DNA from: a virus
Length of the DNA: 34,516 nucleotides
IMG/VR virus record: IMGVR_UViG_3300030311_000011
Coordinates: 1 to 34,516 of that record
Strand: one strand, 5' to 3'
This document shows, in pieces, positions 33,926-34,516 of this stretch. Positions within the stretch are counted from its first letter, which is position 1. Every line of letters starts with the position of its first letter. The notes under the pieces are model-generated. The model did no database searches, was not told the DNA's origin, and saw nothing but the letters and a program-made list of their open reading frames with translations. A program made the translations under genes and the position numbers.

Positions 33926-34310
33926 AATCTTCGGGTGTAAGGATTACGTTTTGAGTTTGTTGAACTAAATAAGCGGTAATGATTTCAGTCATCGTCATAT
34001 TCAGTTCTTTTGCTCTCTTTTGAAATTTTCGGAAGAGGACGATGGGGATCCATACTGAAATCTGTTTTTTGTCTATCTTCCGTTGACTTGGCATGCGCTC
34101 AACATAATCGGTGGTTAACCACCAGTCAACACTATTTTTCATTTTTTTTACATTTTTTTCATCCAGCATCATTCCGGATCTCCTTCCTAATTTTTTTTCA
34201 TCATTAGAATTAAGCGCGTAATGTAGATAAGTAGACACATCTACATTGATATGCACACCTAAGGAATCTTTGATCGCCGAACGAGGAAACGAGGAGATTG
34301 ACGAGTTCAT
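33879..34310 (-). CDS. ribbon-helix-helix domain protein (paralogue of the downstream RHH)
   Basis: 143 aa. The C-terminal half reads KKQISVWIPIVLFRKFQKRAKELNMTMTEIITAYLV. Its ATG overlaps the upstream small ORF stop (ATGA). Confidence 0.5.
   Translation of the reverse strand: MNSSISSFPRSAIKDSLGVHINVDVSTYLHYALNSNDEKKLGRRSGMMLDEKNVKKMKNSVDWWLTTDYVERMPSQRKIDKKQISVWIPIVLFRKFQKRAKELNMTMTEIITAYLVQQTQNVILTPEDYENIAREIREKANNN
34110..34123. promoter_or_regulatory. perfect palindrome GGTGGTTAACCACC (operator candidate), copy 3
   Basis: The copy lies inside the 143-aa RHH ORF, where it encodes WWLTT. Confidence 0.35.
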
Positions 34311-34453
34311 TTCTTCTTCTCATCCTTTTGAGTGATGTTTCGCAAGATCCTCTTTGTGGTTCGCCGGCAACCCTCCACAATGCCAAGGCCGAAACAAGCG
34401 CCACCGAACATCACAGCCAGCAAGAAAAACACAAGCATCACGTTACCCGACAT
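34307..34453 (-). CDS. small hydrophobic protein with basic tail (not in ORF track)
   Basis: 48 aa translated by hand: MSGNVMLVFFLLAVMFGGACFGLGIVEGCRRTTKRILRNITQKDEKKK. Confidence 0.4.
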   Translation of the reverse strand: MSGNVMLVFFLLAVMFGGACFGLGIVEGCRRTTKRILRNITQKDEKKK

Positions 34454-34516
34454 AGACGTAACCCTTTCTTGCTGAAAATTTATCTCCTAATACACTAATA
34501 TTTAGCGCGTTATAAT

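Larger units (their letters stand above)
2024..34516. mobile_element. integrated tailed-phage genome (prophage), left junction at the tRNA-Glu 3' end, right end beyond the window
   Basis: An integrase lies next to the tRNA. It is followed by complete tail, lysis, head, packaging, replication and recombination modules, all recognisable from protein motifs. Confidence 0.85.

Overview
About 2 kb of chromosomal flank (an AGCS-family sodium:alanine symporter and tRNA-Glu(UUC)) is followed by more than 32 kb of an integrated tailed-phage genome. The prophage starts directly 3' of the tRNA and runs off the right edge, so attR and any repressor or immunity region are not visible. Only the tyrosine integrase is on the + strand. 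Every other phage gene lies on the - strand as one tightly packed array, with many ATGA/GTGA 4-nt stop/start overlaps.

Reading in the direction of transcription (right to left), the order is:
- An AT-rich early region of small genes: a small TM protein, two ribbon-helix-helix paralogues, an acidic 55-aa ORF and an HTH protein.
- A recombination module: a DUF2303-like protein, a RecT-like annealing protein, a Cas4/DUF2800-like PD-(D/E)XK exonuclease and RusA.
- A C5-cytosine methyltransferase, then a replication organiser plus a DnaC-like loader.
- TerS and TerL, then a Mu-like head and neck module: a DUF935-like portal, gpI-like protease/scaffold, a decoration-like protein, the major capsid protein, and gp36-, gpF-, gpG- and gp37-like proteins.
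- A tube-like protein, then a collagen-like fibre plus a lysis cassette (two small membrane proteins and an Amidase_3 endolysin).
- A tail protein with two BACON/Ig-like domains, a chaperone-like ORF and the tape measure.
- An AT-rich GYF-domain membrane moron, a 714-aa tail-tip protein and a GT-A glycosyltransferase-like moron next to int.

Composition and protein flavour remind me of Akkermansia/Verrucomicrobiota, but that is a guess I cannot verify here.

The observations I rate highest are:
1. The methyltransferase locus is open over its whole length in two same-strand frames, each carrying recognisable motifs and its own coupled start codon.
2. TerS, TerL, the portal and possibly the fibre have homologue-like or long open codon stretches upstream of their first ATG/GTG/TTG.
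3. Three copies of a GGTGGT-N2-ACCACC inverted repeat are associated with the twin RHH genes.
4. Inverted iterons sit inside the replication gene.
5. There are several moron or anti-defence-like small genes.

All functional calls rest on motif recognition by eye; no database search was possible.
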